Shown here: in pieces, positions 43,023 to 59,492 of the stretch
Layout of the letters: each line of letters starts with the position of its first letter
Numbering within the stretch: position 1 is the stretch's first letter
The notes under the pieces: model-generated
Database searches by the model: none
The model's input: only the letters and a program-made list of their open reading frames with translations
What the model was told of the DNA's origin: nothing
Made by a program: the position numbers and the translations under genes
NCBI GenBank assembly: GCA_964016885.1
Contig: OZ024741.1
Coordinates: 134,602,001-134,666,000, forward strand
Direction of reading: 5' to 3'
Origin: Eledone cirrhosa
Lineage: Eukaryota
DNA: 64,000 nucleotides

Positions 43023-44126
43023 GAGAGGGAAACAGCAAGCTTTATTATACATGGATACCAGGACACCAACACATTCACATAACTAACACCACATTGATAG
43101 TTGTCATGGTAGAAGGTACTGGTGGTGGTGGTGTTGGTGGTGGTATGATTGGTGGTGGTAGTGTTGGTAGTGGTGCTGGTGGAGGTTTTGGAAATGGTAA
43201 TGTTTGTGATTGCGGTGGTGGTGGTGGTATGTGTTTGGTGATGGAGGTCTTGGTAGTGGTAGTGTTGTGATTGTAGGTGTGGTGTTGGTGGTGGTATGTG
43301 TTTGGTGGTGGTATATGTTTGGTGGTGGAGGCTTTAGTGGTGGTGATGTAGATGGTGGTAGTGATTATGATTGTGGTGGTGGTAGCAACAGAGATGAGTG
43401 CGGTTCCATAGACCAGTGAGTGGTGACAGGCAGACAAGCAGGGACCCGCCCTCTCCTACTATGTGTATGTTGATGTGTGTATAAATATATATATATGCTT
43501 ATAATGTGTGCACATATACACACAGACTTATACATATAAATGTGTGCGTTTGTGTGTGTGAGTATGTATATATATACATGCACACCACAATGTGTGTGTA
43601 TATATACAATACATATACATATTTAATTTCATGTGTCCACCTGCTTCTGGCATTCATCCAATCTTGATACACTTTCTACTTGAGTTAAAACATGCACCTG
43701 TGTGTGTGTGAGTGAGTGTGTGTGTGTGTGTAGGTCCATGAGAGTGTGTGTGTGTGTAGGTCCATGAGAGTGTGAGTGTGTGTATTGCGAAAGAGAGAGA
43801 GTGAACGTGTGTTTGAGAGAGAGTGTGTGTGTGTTTATGTGTGTATGTGTATGTGAGGGAGAGGGAATGTGTGCGTGTATGTGTGTGTGCATATGTGTAC
43901 GTGTATGTGTGTACGTGCGTGTGTATGTGCATGTGTGTATGTGTTGTGTGTGTGTGTGTGAGTGTGTGTGTGTGTCACTGTAACTAGTACCAGAGTAGAC
44001 AAGTTAGAACAGGTATCCCCATCTGACGGTTGCAAAGCAACAAATACATAATGCAATCTCTTTCTCTCTCTCTCTCTACCCCTCTCTCTTTTGTATTGTT
44101 GTAAGGATGGTTGGCTCTCTGTTGTA

Positions 44127-44139
44127 GTTACCTAGCAAC
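44127..44139. promoter_or_regulatory. Consensus RFX X-box GTTACCTAGCAAC, 1.3 kb upstream of the tubulin ATG
   Basis: Matches GTNRCC-N-RGYAAC and lies in a unique island between microsatellites. Confidence 0.6.
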
Positions 44140-44327
44140 AACAATGACAACACACACACACACATACACTCACACACACATATACATGTTTATGTATGTA
44201 TATCATACATATATACAGTATATATATGTGTGTGTGTATATATATATGTATATATATATATATGCATGTATATACATATATATAATATACAAGAAATTCA
44301 ATATCTATCTATCTATCTATATCTATA

Positions 44328-44375
<48 letters not shown>

Positions 44376-44836
44376 AATATATTTATGTATATATATTGTG
44401 TGTGTATGAGTACATATCCAGTGTTTGTTAGCAACAAAATATTTTCAAGAAACTACTGGTAAAATACTTTAAACAAGTGGTTGCATGTATTAAGAACTTT
44501 ACACTGCTATCTCTCACATTCACATCTGTACATACACACACGCACACGTACACACACACGCACGCACACGCACGCTCACTCACACATGTATATATGTGTG
44601 TGTTGGACCTCCATCGATTCTGACTTCTAGTTGATTCGATTAACAGAACAAACTGCTTGTGAAATTAACATGCAAGTGTCTGAGCATTCTACAGTCACGT
44701 AGTTCTCAGGGAGACTCAACAAGACACAGGGCATGATAAAGAGCGTTCTTTTAAGTAAGAGTATAACTAATTTTTGTTAGCTGAGTGAACTGGATCAAGA
44801 TGAAATAAACTGTCTTGCTTAAGCATATATATATGG

Positions 44837-44962
<126 letters not shown>

Positions 44963-45132
44963 ATTAACCTCGATATCACGTGATTGATTCTTTTGAATTT
45001 GCCACCGAACAAGAAGGCAGTGATTTTTTCAGTGGCTTGGAATTTAGTCGCCGCTTGCTCTTTTCCATCCACCGAATATTTTTGTATAAGTTCCCTGTGT
45101 CCGCGCATCGCCAGGTATCTTAGCTGAGAATG

Positions 45133-45215
45133 ACTCCCTGATGACGAAAAGGTTTCTCCATGATCTCCATTTGGAGATTATGTATATTCCCTTTCAGAAA
45201 CTAATTAGTTGGAGT
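45133..45215 (+). ncRNA. Type I hammerhead motif with extended stem II
   Basis: ACTCC-CTGATGA-[52 nt]-GAAAC-TAATTA-GTT|GGAGT. Confidence 0.7.
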
Positions 45216-45262
45216 GGAATTTAAGTAAGTAAGCTAATTACTATAATTTTCTTATTTTACGT

Positions 45263-45317
<55 letters not shown>

Positions 45318-45538
45318 GGCATGTTGCTTATGGGTATATATATATATATATACAAACTGCTTGTGAAATTAACATGAAAGTGTCTGAGCATTCTACAGTC
45401 ACCTACTTCTCAGAGAGACTCAACAAGACACAGGGCATGATAAAGAGCGTTCTTTTAAGTAAGAGTATAACTAATTTTTGTTAGCTGAGTGAACTGGATC
45501 AAGATGAAATAAACTGTCTTGCTTAAGCATATATATGG

Positions 45539-45641
<103 letters not shown>

Positions 45642-45800
45642 AAAAAGAGATGAAATCGAAAATGCAACTGAAGTCTTATTTTAAAAAAAAATATATATAT
45701 TTATGTGGTTCCTTTACCGGTTTCGCAGTTCTTCTGCTTTTCAAAAGGTGAGTTGAGATGGAGGGTCTGAGAAAAACCACAGACCCTCCATCTCAACTCA

Positions 45801-45838
45801 CCTTTTGAAAAGCAGAAGAACTGCGAAACCGGTAAAGG
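45801..45838 (+). ncRNA. Type I hammerhead motif, U3-A8 variant (inverted copy at 45711-45748)
   Basis: CCTT-TTGAAAA-GCAG aagaa CTGC-GAAAC-CG-GTA|AAGG. Confidence 0.7.
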
Positions 45839-45974
45839 AACCAAATAAATATATATATTTTTAAAAAAAATAAGACTTCAGTTGCATTTTCGATTTCATC
45901 TCTTTTTCTTTATACTTTCACTCGTGTAGGACACCTCGGTTATTTTTCATTTTGTAAAAAAAACCTCACTTTCT

Positions 45975-49695
<3,721 letters not shown>

Positions 49696-49698
<3 letters not shown>

Positions 49699-51468
49699 CG
49701 TTTCTGAATTTGTTTAGCAAGATTCTTTATCTGAAATCGTGTGTTGAAACCGATATTGTTATACTTTGGGAGGGTCATGTTGCCAATAAGAAACACACGC
49801 ACCAATTGCTTTCACTTCAATTTATTATAATAAATTTAGAAATTTAGGAATTTATAAATTTCTGGTTGGTTGGTTGGTTCCACAACCAGATAGTTGTTTA
49901 TATATTGTCAAAGTTCTTTCGTCACACATTCTGTGACCTCTTCAGTGACTGGGGATTCTTTTCTTTGTTTTTGTGCCTCTCCTTTGTTCTGTCCTACGCC
50001 ATTTTGTTTCTGTGTGTGTGTTGTGTGCTCAGTCTTCGCATGCGCCACATCCGGGTGTCTGTGTGTGTTTATATTTGTTTATTTATTTGTTTATTTACAT
50101 GTTACCGGTTGGTTGTTTGTTCTATGTGTGTGTGTGTTTTCATTTTGTCCTTAATTGTAAGTTGTGATGTTGCTCTTCCACTCATATTTTCTATTTAATT
50201 TTGGTTGTAATTCTTTTATGTTTATTGCCTCTGTGATTTGTCAAAACATTGCGTCTTTTCTGTGTGTAGATTATATTTTTATTTCTATGTTCTCTAATTT
50301 ACCCTTATGTTCTATTTTAGCATGTTGGTAGAGTACAGATGATTCTTTACTATCTTGAAGGTCTCGCCAGTGTTCATTTATCCGTTCCCCTACACTACGA
50401 GCTGTCTCACCTATGTACACTATATTTTTGTCTCTACATTGTCCTTCAGTACATCTTATGCTATACACTACATTTCTAGTTTTACAGTTAATATGGGGGC
50501 TTATTTTACAGGTTATACATTTCTTATCTATACAGGGGGGTCTTTGGAAAGGGTATGTCTTGCTAAAAAGTGTTTTTACGGAGGTACCTGGTCTTTCTAC
50601 TATCTTAATATTGAGTTTATGTTTATCTAGGGCCCTTCTAAATTTGTAAGCTAATTCACCTCTAGGGGTTGTATCGATGAACATTACACTCTGGTATTTA
50701 TTGCTATCATACCATGAGTTTATTGTATTAGCCTTATTCCTAGTTCTTTCTATTCTATTCCAAAATTTGCTCCTATACAGGGGGCAGGTCTCATTTGTGT
50801 CATTATTTACCATTTTTTCCCATTTGGTTCTGGCTCCTCTATACACTCTGATTCTATCTCTCTGATTGTAACCAGAGAACTGCATACGGTGGATGAAGTG
50901 TTGTATGTATCTCTCTAGTTCTTCGGGGTTGCACATGCGGGACACGTTTCTCATCACCCGTACCAAATCCGCAATCAGTATGTTGATTTTGGTATGGTCC
51001 GAAACAGCCGAGTTTCGGTGGATCAGATGTTTGGAAGTCATGGGTTTGGCATAATGGGAATGGAGGATTTGTTTTTTGTTATTAATGGTATCTAACCAGA
51101 GCTCTGTGTCTAGTACAGGTAATCGATGGTTGGGGTGTTTACTTGGGTAGTCTATAGTAACTCTAATACTCTGGTGGATGGAGTTAGCTATTTGCTGGAT
51201 GCTTTCCATTGTGTTTTTCTCTAGTTCCTGACTGTTCTCTAGTGGGGGTGTCTTAACTAAAAGAATCCCCAGTCACTGAAGAGGTCACAGAATGTGTGAC
51301 GAAAGAACTTTGACAATATATAAACAACTATCTGGTTGTGGAACCAACCAACCAACCAGAAATTTATAAATTCCTAAATTTATAAATTTATTATAATAAA
51401 TTGAAGTGAAAGCAACTGGTGCGTGTGTTTCTTATTGGCAACATGACCCTCCCAAAGTATAACAATAT
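49696..51468 (-). mobile_element. Penelope-like element 2, 5'-truncated, with inverted pseudo-LTR
   Basis: ORF 51209-50271 encodes RT thumb plus GIY-YIG endonuclease (NVVYSIRC...VYIGET.RS..ER..EH); ~210-bp inverted repeats at 49755-49962 and 51258-51468. Confidence 0.9.
51272..51314 (+). ncRNA. Type I hammerhead motif in the PLE2 pseudo-LTR (element-sense copy at 49907-49949 on -)
   Basis: GTCA-CTGAAGA-G GTCAC...GTGAC-GAAAG-AA-CTT|TGAC. Confidence 0.7.
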
Positions 51469-52359
51469 ATATATATACATATAAGTATGTGATTTTGTAT
51501 AATAATAATAATTGTTTCTACTTTTGGCAAAAGGCCAGCAATTACCCAGTACATTACTGGTACTTTTATTTTATCGACCCCGTAAGGATGAAAGGCAAAT
51601 TTAACCTCGGCGGGATTTGAACTCAGATCATAAAGGGACGTAACTCTATGCTTCAAAGTATTGTGTCCGACTCTCTACCGATACTGCCAATCCACCAATG
51701 AAAATTAATGTGTACACTGCTCAGGTGCACTACAATTCATCAAAGGTGCATGTATAGTACATAGAATAATGTACAAATCTCATGGAAGTGAACAGTGTAT
51801 GAGTTATGCTATACACGCAGATATACATACACACATGCGTGTGTGTGTGTGTGGAGGGGAATATCTAGTGTAATGTTGGCGAATTTCGGGAAGCATGGAA
51901 TATATAATGTTATACGGTATGTTTACGAATAAACATTAAAAAAGCCCTTTAGCTAAGAATCTGAAAGCTGATGGCTATAAACCAGAAACGCACCGACAGT
52001 TATTCTCTACTACCACCGCTGGAATCCACTAGAGGGCTCCTTGAATGTTCTCTCTATCTTTTCCTTTTCTCTTTTCAGCAACCCCTTGTATTTTAGTGGC
52101 TTTTTGCCTTATTTGGGATGAATAAATTAAAATTAAAAAAACCTTGAAGAAAATGCTGCAGCATGGCCATAATCCAAGGACTGAAACCAATAAAACAATG
52201 TGAAAACATTGACAAATTCTTTGCTTTGTTTTAGCTTCTACATCTAAGTCATTAGAGGGGGCTACTTACTTGTGGAGCACTTATCATCAGAACCGACAGT
52301 GGTCCAATGTAGTTTTTTTCTGGTGTCCCGCAGCTTAGTCAGCAGAGTAGGGTGTAATG

Positions 52360-53760
52360 CAGGGGTCTCAAACTCAAGGAGACTCAAAAGGGCCATTATG
52401 TCCTGGGGGGGGGGGGGGGGGGAGGCTCAGCGGTTCAAATTACTATTTTAACAGAGGCGTGGTACTCAAGATGATTAATTATTCAATTATTAATGGAAAC
52501 TGTTAATGTCATAATTTATTCAAAATTTCATCAATCGCCCCACCTGTTGTGAGGCTATGTGGCTAAGTGGTTAGGGTGTTTTGTTAACAATCATAATTCC
52601 TGAACTGAGCAGCATGTTTGTGTCATTTTGCTCTAGTTAACTCAGTTTTTAAAAAAATGTCTACTAGCAGTAGGGGTGGATCTACTAGTCTCAGTAATCA
52701 GTAACAAAAATGGAGCTAAAGGCGATCGAGGCAATGTTCCCCAGAGTAGATACAAACAATGCAGTGTGGAAATGCCTAAACAAACTAAGATCTGGTGTTG
52801 GATGTGCAAAAGTCAATCTTGCAAACTGGGGATATTTAAAGGATGAGAACGCTGTGTGTGACTGCAACATTGAACCACTAGCTACGTAGCACCTCCTGAT
52901 ATTCCCCCTACTGGATCACCCCTGTACAGCATTGGACTTGGCAGAGTTTAATGAGAAAGGACAGCAATGTGTTCAGCTGTAGCTGACACTCTTGTGGATA
53001 AAATAAGAAGTGAGGTAACCAATGAAACTAGGATATGCACCATCCTGGTGAAACTCTAGGCCTGGGACATCTGCTACACAAGGAGATTCAAATAGGCAGC
53101 CAATGGGCCACTGACTATTTTTCTATGCCCTGTGACAGATACTTTTTTTGATATGGATTAAAAAAGTTTTGTTTTTTGTAATCTTTGTTGAAGCTATATG
53201 TTATTTCTTTAAATAATGATAATAATAAAGAAAATTATTGTATACAGTGCTCAGGTGCACTACAACTCATCAAAGGTGCATATATAGTACAAAGAATAAT
53301 GTACAAATATCAGGAAAGGAAACAGTGTATGAGTCATGATATACACTCAGATACGTGCATGTGGGTGTATGGAGGGAGAATATTAGGTGTAGTGTTGGTG
53401 AATTTCGGAAAGCATGGAAGTTTTGAAGGATGTTATGATAAAACTTTGTATTTTCCTTTTATTTTCCCTATTTTAATATTTATAATATAAGTTATTGCAT
53501 TTTCCCATGAAATACAATAAAGTGGAAAAACAAAAAACTTTACCAAAAGTAAAAATGGAATTAAGAAAAAATTTGAAATGAAAAATTTGGCTCCCTAAAT
53601 TTAGTACTAATTCACATATCACACTATCATATTCAGTTGTATTGCTGATTCGTATTGTAAATGGTGGACTTCATGCCCACTTTATCTCATATTTGAACCG
53701 CTGAGCCTCTCCCCCAGGACATAATGGCCCTTTTGAGTCCCTTTGAGTTTGAGACCCCTG
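52360..53760. mobile_element. Pair of hAT-like ends in inverted orientation
   Basis: CAGGGGTCTCAAACTCAA at 52360 and its reverse complement ending at 53760; no direct 8-bp TSD. Confidence 0.55.
52700..53010 (+). mobile_element. Non-LTR retrotransposon C-terminal fragment
   Basis: WKCLNKLRSGVG.AK.NL..WG...CDC....T.HLL zinc-knuckle remnant. Confidence 0.55.
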
Positions 53761-53972
53761 CATTACACCCTACTCTGCTGACTAAGCTGCGGGACACCAG
53801 AAAAAAACTGCATTGGACCACTGTCGGTTCTGATGATGAGTGCTCCACAAGTAATGACTTAGATGTAGAAGCTAAAACAAAGCAAAGAATTTGTCAATTT
53901 TTTCACTTACTATAGTTACCTTTGTGTAGGAACACATATTCTATATATATATATACCCATAAGCAACATGCC

Positions 53973-54033
<61 letters not shown>

Positions 54034-54034
54034 A

Positions 54035-54069
<35 letters not shown>

Positions 54070-57000
54070 AATTAATAAAATAATGAATAAACAAAGAAAC
54101 AGTTCCTTATATTAAAAAAATTCATCATTTTACGATCGTTTCTAGGATATATATGTGTTAGAGTTGGTATGCATATTCTATAGATCTATGTACAATATTT
54201 ATACAAACTATCAGAGGGAATATACATACCTACACATATATATGCTGTCTTCAGAAATAATGATATTTGTTTATTGAAAAAAAACAAAGATTCAATACAA
54301 TAGGTCTGTTTGGGAACAGGTTTTGAATTGACCAATAGATAGATAGTGAGGGTCAAGATAGTAATATAGTAGTAGAAGAACCTTAAATTATGGGTAGAGG
54401 AAGGTAGATTTCAGTTTTGGATGGAAAAGAATATTATGAATAAAGGATTATTTTAGGGAAGAAATAGGTCTTATGCTGACCTCAGAAATAATTTTATTTG
54501 TTCATTGAATAAAACCAACAAAGATCTAATATAATCTGTCTGTTTGGTAAGAGGTTTAGAATTAACCAATAGAAAGTTAATAATTGGCCAAATGGTGAAA
54601 TAGTAGTAATTGAAGCTTATTTTAGGGGTGAAAATAGGTCAGGTGGTCAGTAAAAGGTATACAAGCAGTTGCTGTTATAAAATAGTAATGCCAATACAAA
54701 TATCTAAGGTGACTAAAGTTTTACGATAAGAATGTTAGTGAAAAAATATATCTATGAAAAGAATATAAATTAATTTAATTGATAGGTATATTTATATTGA
54801 TAAAATTATACTAATACATATAGATATGATAAATAAGAGTTAGATGCAGTTGAAAAATGCTGTTAAAGATGAGGGGAAATTAAAAGAATATAAAAATAAT
54901 ATATATATATATACTTATATATATATATATACATATATATACACATACACACACACATATACACACATATATATATATATACACACATATATATATACAT
55001 ATATATATACATGCATATATACATACATACATATATATATACACACACACATACACACTTACATATACATATAATTATTGGGGGGGGGGATTAAATTTAT
55101 TAGTGAGAAATAATAAATATATATAGTTTTCAAGGAACATAGAGTCATAACCTGAAGTTAAAGCATTATATATGTTTACTTAATGGTATCAGTTTTAGGA
55201 AATGATAGTTGTAAGAAGGAAAGCAAAATTATGTAGTTCATCAGTAGTAGAATATTAATTATAGGTTAACTAAATTAAAAATAGTTTATATATTAATTTC
55301 TAAAGTGTATATTAATTAGGTTTATAATATTTAAAGGTTTTTCTCAGTTTATGATTACACGATATTATTAATTCCTGTCGCTTATTTAATAGGATATCCT
55401 TAGATTTCATTATTTCAAAAAGTTCTTGGGAACATAATCTACATTCATATCTACTATTTTGATAAGGGGTGGCCCTTTTGAGCACACTCCAGGTCAGGTG
55501 ATAATCTATATTCCTCTTTCTATAACTATTAATTATTTCAGCTAGAGATGTTGTATTAGCTAGTGCGGCATTTTTAAAACTATGTTTGTGGGTATTAAAT
55601 CTTACCTTAAATTTGTTAGAGGTAGCTCCTATATATGAATAAATTGAGTCCTTAGTGTTAACTTTACATTTATATACTATGTTATTAACAAGGCAATTTC
55701 CTTTTAATGGACAGTTTGCCTTGTTTCTACAGTTACAATTTTTCGTGAATCCTGTATCTGAGGAGATATTATGGTTAGTTTGATGTACTGGTGGTATACT
55801 CATGGTTTTTTTTACATTTATATGCATTATAGGCACTTATATTTTGTTTTATGTTTTTGGTTGTTGATAAATGTTAATAATAAAACTCCTAATAAACAAG
55901 CTAAAACACCTAAATCAATAAATCTAACTAAAAATGTGTGTGGTGAGGTCATTAACAATAATTCTCTTAATAAACATCAGGATGCATCCTATAATAACAA
56001 TAAACAACATCGAAACCGTAATAGACGAGTTACTTGGTATAATGCTCCATTTAATTTACAAATTAAGGATAATATACCTAAAAAATTCTTTAATATCCTA
56101 GAGAAAAACTTCCTGCCAAACCACAAATACCATCAAATTTTAAATAGATCAACGGTTAAATTCTCCTACTCAACAACCAAAAACATAAAACAAAATATAA
56201 GTGCCTATAATGCATATAAATGTAAAAAAACCATGAGTATACCACCAGTACATCAAACTAACCATAATATCTCCTCAGATACAGGATTCACGAAAAATTG
56301 TAACTGTAGAAACAAGGCAAACTGTCCATTAAAAGGAAATTGCCTTGTTAATAACATAGTATATAAATGTAAAGTTAACACTAAGGACTCAATTTATTCA
56401 TATATAGGAGCTACCTCTAACAAATTTAAGGTAAGATTTAATACCCACAAACATAGTTTTAAAAATGCCGCACTAGCTAATACAACATCTCTAGCTGAAA
56501 TAATTAATAGTTATAGAAAGAGGAATATAGATTATCACCTGACCTGGAGTGTGCTCAAAAGGGCCACCCCTTATCAAAATAGTAGATATGAATGTAGATT
56601 ATGTTCCCAAGAACTTTTTGAAATAATGAAATCTAAGGATATCCTATTAAATAAGCGACAGGAATTAATAATATCGTGTAATCATAAACTGAGAAAAACC
56701 TTTAAATATTATAAACCTAATTAATATACACTTTAGAAATTAATATATAAACTATTTATAATTTAGTTAACCTATAATTAATATTCTACTACTGATGAAC
56801 TACATAATTCTGCTTTAAATATTATAAACCTAATTAATATACACTTTAGAAATTAATATATAAACTATTTTTAATTTAGTTAACCTATAATTAATATTCT
56901 ACTACTGATGAACTACATAATTTTGCTTTCCTTCTTACAACTATCATTTCCTAAAACTGATACCATTAAGTAAACATATATAATGCTTTAACTTCAGGTT

Positions 57001-57099
57001 ATGACTCTATGTTCCTTGAAAACTATATATATTTATTATTTCTCACTAATAAATGTAACCCCCCCCCCCCAATAATTATATGTATGTATGTATATGTGC

Positions 57100-57153
<54 letters not shown>

Positions 57154-57209
57154 ATATATATATATATGTGTGTATATGTGTGTGTGTGTATGTGTATATA
57201 TATGTATAT

Positions 57210-57212
<3 letters not shown>

Positions 57213-57243
<31 letters not shown>

Positions 57244-58280
57244 ATGTTTAATGTCCGTGTTCCACACTTGCATGGGTTTGGACGGGGGTTTTCCCACTTG
57301 AGGCAAAAGTGATTGTCTTGCTCGCATAGGACTGTCTGGCAGGTTTTCTACAGTTGGATGCCCTTCCTAACACCAACCACATTTATAGTGTGGGTCTGGG
57401 AGGTTTTTACCGTGTTACCTACACGGCCACATTACAGCGTGGACTGTGTGTTTTTTGTCGTGACACCTACACGATCTCATTTGTTTCGGCCTGGATGGTG
57501 TGGCACCAACATAACTTTACATAGAAGGGGGCGGTGTGGATGGGGTGGGGGTGGTGGGACGGGGCTGTATTTTGTTTGAGATGCCTACTGACTGTAGTAG
57601 GTTTTACTATGTATTTACGTAAGGCGGGTCTTCTCTATTACTGAGTACCGCCAAAGGTCTCGGTCCAGTGACATTGTCTTGGAGAGGTGTAAGTGTGTGA
57701 GGTCGGAGTTTATCAGCTCGTCCCAGGTTTTTCTAGGTCTGCCTATTCCGTAGCTACCGTCTATCTTTATTGCCCTGCACTTTGTTATACAGCTATCGAC
57801 TTTCATGCGCATCACGTGTCCATACCAACGTAGCCTTCTCTCGAGTAAACAACATCTGATCCCTCTTATTTCTAATTTTTTCTTTAGTTCGTTTATGCTT
57901 TGTCGTTCACGTATATTACTATTACACATCCAGCGGAGCATGCAAGCTACGTTTCTCTCCAGTCTGAGTATATCCTCTGCACACAATGCCCAGGTCTCAC
58001 TGCCATGCAACATTGCTGTTCGTATGCAAGCATCATACAACCTGCCTTTCGTTTTTAGGGAGAACCCTTTAGCGGCTAATAGTGGTATAAGCTCTCTGAA
58101 CTTTTTCCATCCAGTTCTGACTCTAGCTACTGTACTTTCAGAGCACCCTCTCCCACTGCTGATTTTGTCACCCAGGTAACGGAAGCTGTCCTCTATTTCT
58201 ATAGATCCCTCTGTGCAGTTGAAAGAGCTAGTATTTTGTGGGCACTTGCTGCTACTTATTGCACCAGAGCACCGGCCACA
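57213..58280 (-). mobile_element. RTE+SINE composite inserted in the (TA)n of PLE1's sense arm
   Basis: Closely similar to 6510-7510; absent from the inverted arm. Confidence 0.88.
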
Positions 58281-58938
58281 TATAAGTATATATATATATA
58301 TATTATTTTTATATTCTTTTAATTTCCCCTCATCTTTAACAGCACTTTTCAACTGCATCTAACTCTTATTTATCATATCTATATGTATTAGTATAATTTT
58401 ATCAATATAAATATACCTATCAATTAAATTAATTTATATTCTTTTCATAGATATATTTTTTTCACTAACATTCTTATCGTAAAACTTTAGTCACCTTAGA
58501 TATTTGTATTGGCATTACTATTTTATAACAGCAACTGCTTGTATACCTTTTACTGACCACCTGACCTATTTTCACCCCTAAAATAAGCTTCAATTACTAC
58601 TATTTCACCATTTGGCCAATTATTAACTTTCTATTGGTTAATTCTAAACCTCTTACCAAACAGACAGATTATATTAGATCTTTGTTGGTTTTATTCAATG
58701 AACAAATAAAATTATTTCTGAGGTCAGCATAAGACCTATTTCTTCCCTAAAATAATCCTTTATTCATAATATTCTTTTCCATCCAAAACTGAAATCTACC
58801 TTCCTCTACCCATAATTTAAGGTTCTTCTACTACTATATTACTATCTTGACCCTCACTATCTATCTATTGGTCAATTCAAAACCTGTTCCCAAACAGACC
58901 TATTGTATTGAATCTTTGTTTTTTTCAATAAACAAATA

Positions 58939-59080
58939 TCATTATTTCTGAAGACAGCATATATATGTGTAGGTATGTATATTCCCTCTGATAGTTTGTA
59001 TAAATATTGTACATAGATCTATAGAATATGCATACCAACTCTAACACATATATATCCTAGAAACAATCGTAAAATGATGA
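58939..59080 (+). ncRNA. Type I hammerhead motif with 105-nt stem II (inverted copy at 54122-54263)
   Basis: TCATTATTT-CTGAAGA-[long hairpin]-GAAAC-(G/A)ATC-GTA|AAATGATGA. Confidence 0.75.
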
Positions 59081-59266
59081 ATTTTTTTAATATAAGGAAC
59101 TGTTTCTTTGTTTATTCATTATTTTATTAATTTATCTTGACTCTGTTTTCCGTTTATTTTTCACCGAAAGTAGTTTTTGAATGCATCTTCTCTTTTCATG
59201 ATATCCGGATTACATTGAGTTCTTCATACGGATTGGACACTACCGTAAACTTTTGGTAGATTTATC

Positions 59267-59327
<61 letters not shown>

Positions 59328-59492
59328 CCATATATAAGCTTAAGCAAGACAGTTTATTTCATCTTGATCCAGTTCACTCAGCTAACAAAAATTAGTTATA
59401 CTCTTACTTAAAAGAACGCTCTTTATCATGCCCTGTGTCTTGTTGAGTCTCCCTGAGAACTACGTGACTGTAGAATGCTCAGACACTTGCAT

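Larger units (their letters stand above)
54067..59270 (+). mobile_element. Penelope-like element 1 (Naiad-like): sense copy 55868-59270 preceded by a 1.8-kb inverted copy 54067-55867
   Basis: WYNAPFN...LNRSTVKFSYS, CNC...CPLKGNC, NIVYKC...YIG GIY-YIG, CRLC...SCNH; the identical C-terminus is encoded on - at 55312-55836. Confidence 0.9.

Noticed and set aside
43075-43437. Proline-rich ORF upstream of tubulin
   Set aside because: Derived from (GGT)n low-complexity sequence
50240-50250. TGA in the frameshifted PLE2 C-terminus as possible selenocysteine
   Set aside because: It falls at an expected Arg (RQITEA), consistent with CGA>TGA decay
55771-55867. Start of the 317-aa ORF, and the idea of two separate GIY-YIG genes
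   Set aside because: The start lies in the inverted arm; both ORFs are halves of one fold-back PLE
56790-56915. CTGATGA motifs (also at 53830) as hammerheads
   Set aside because: No downstream GAAA, stem III or stem I pairing found
55868-57060. Selenoprotein/SECIS, as reported for some Naiad PLEs
   Set aside because: Cysteines use TGT/TGC, there is no in-frame TGA, and the ATGA...AAA candidates near 56908 and 57001 lack a pairing 3' strand
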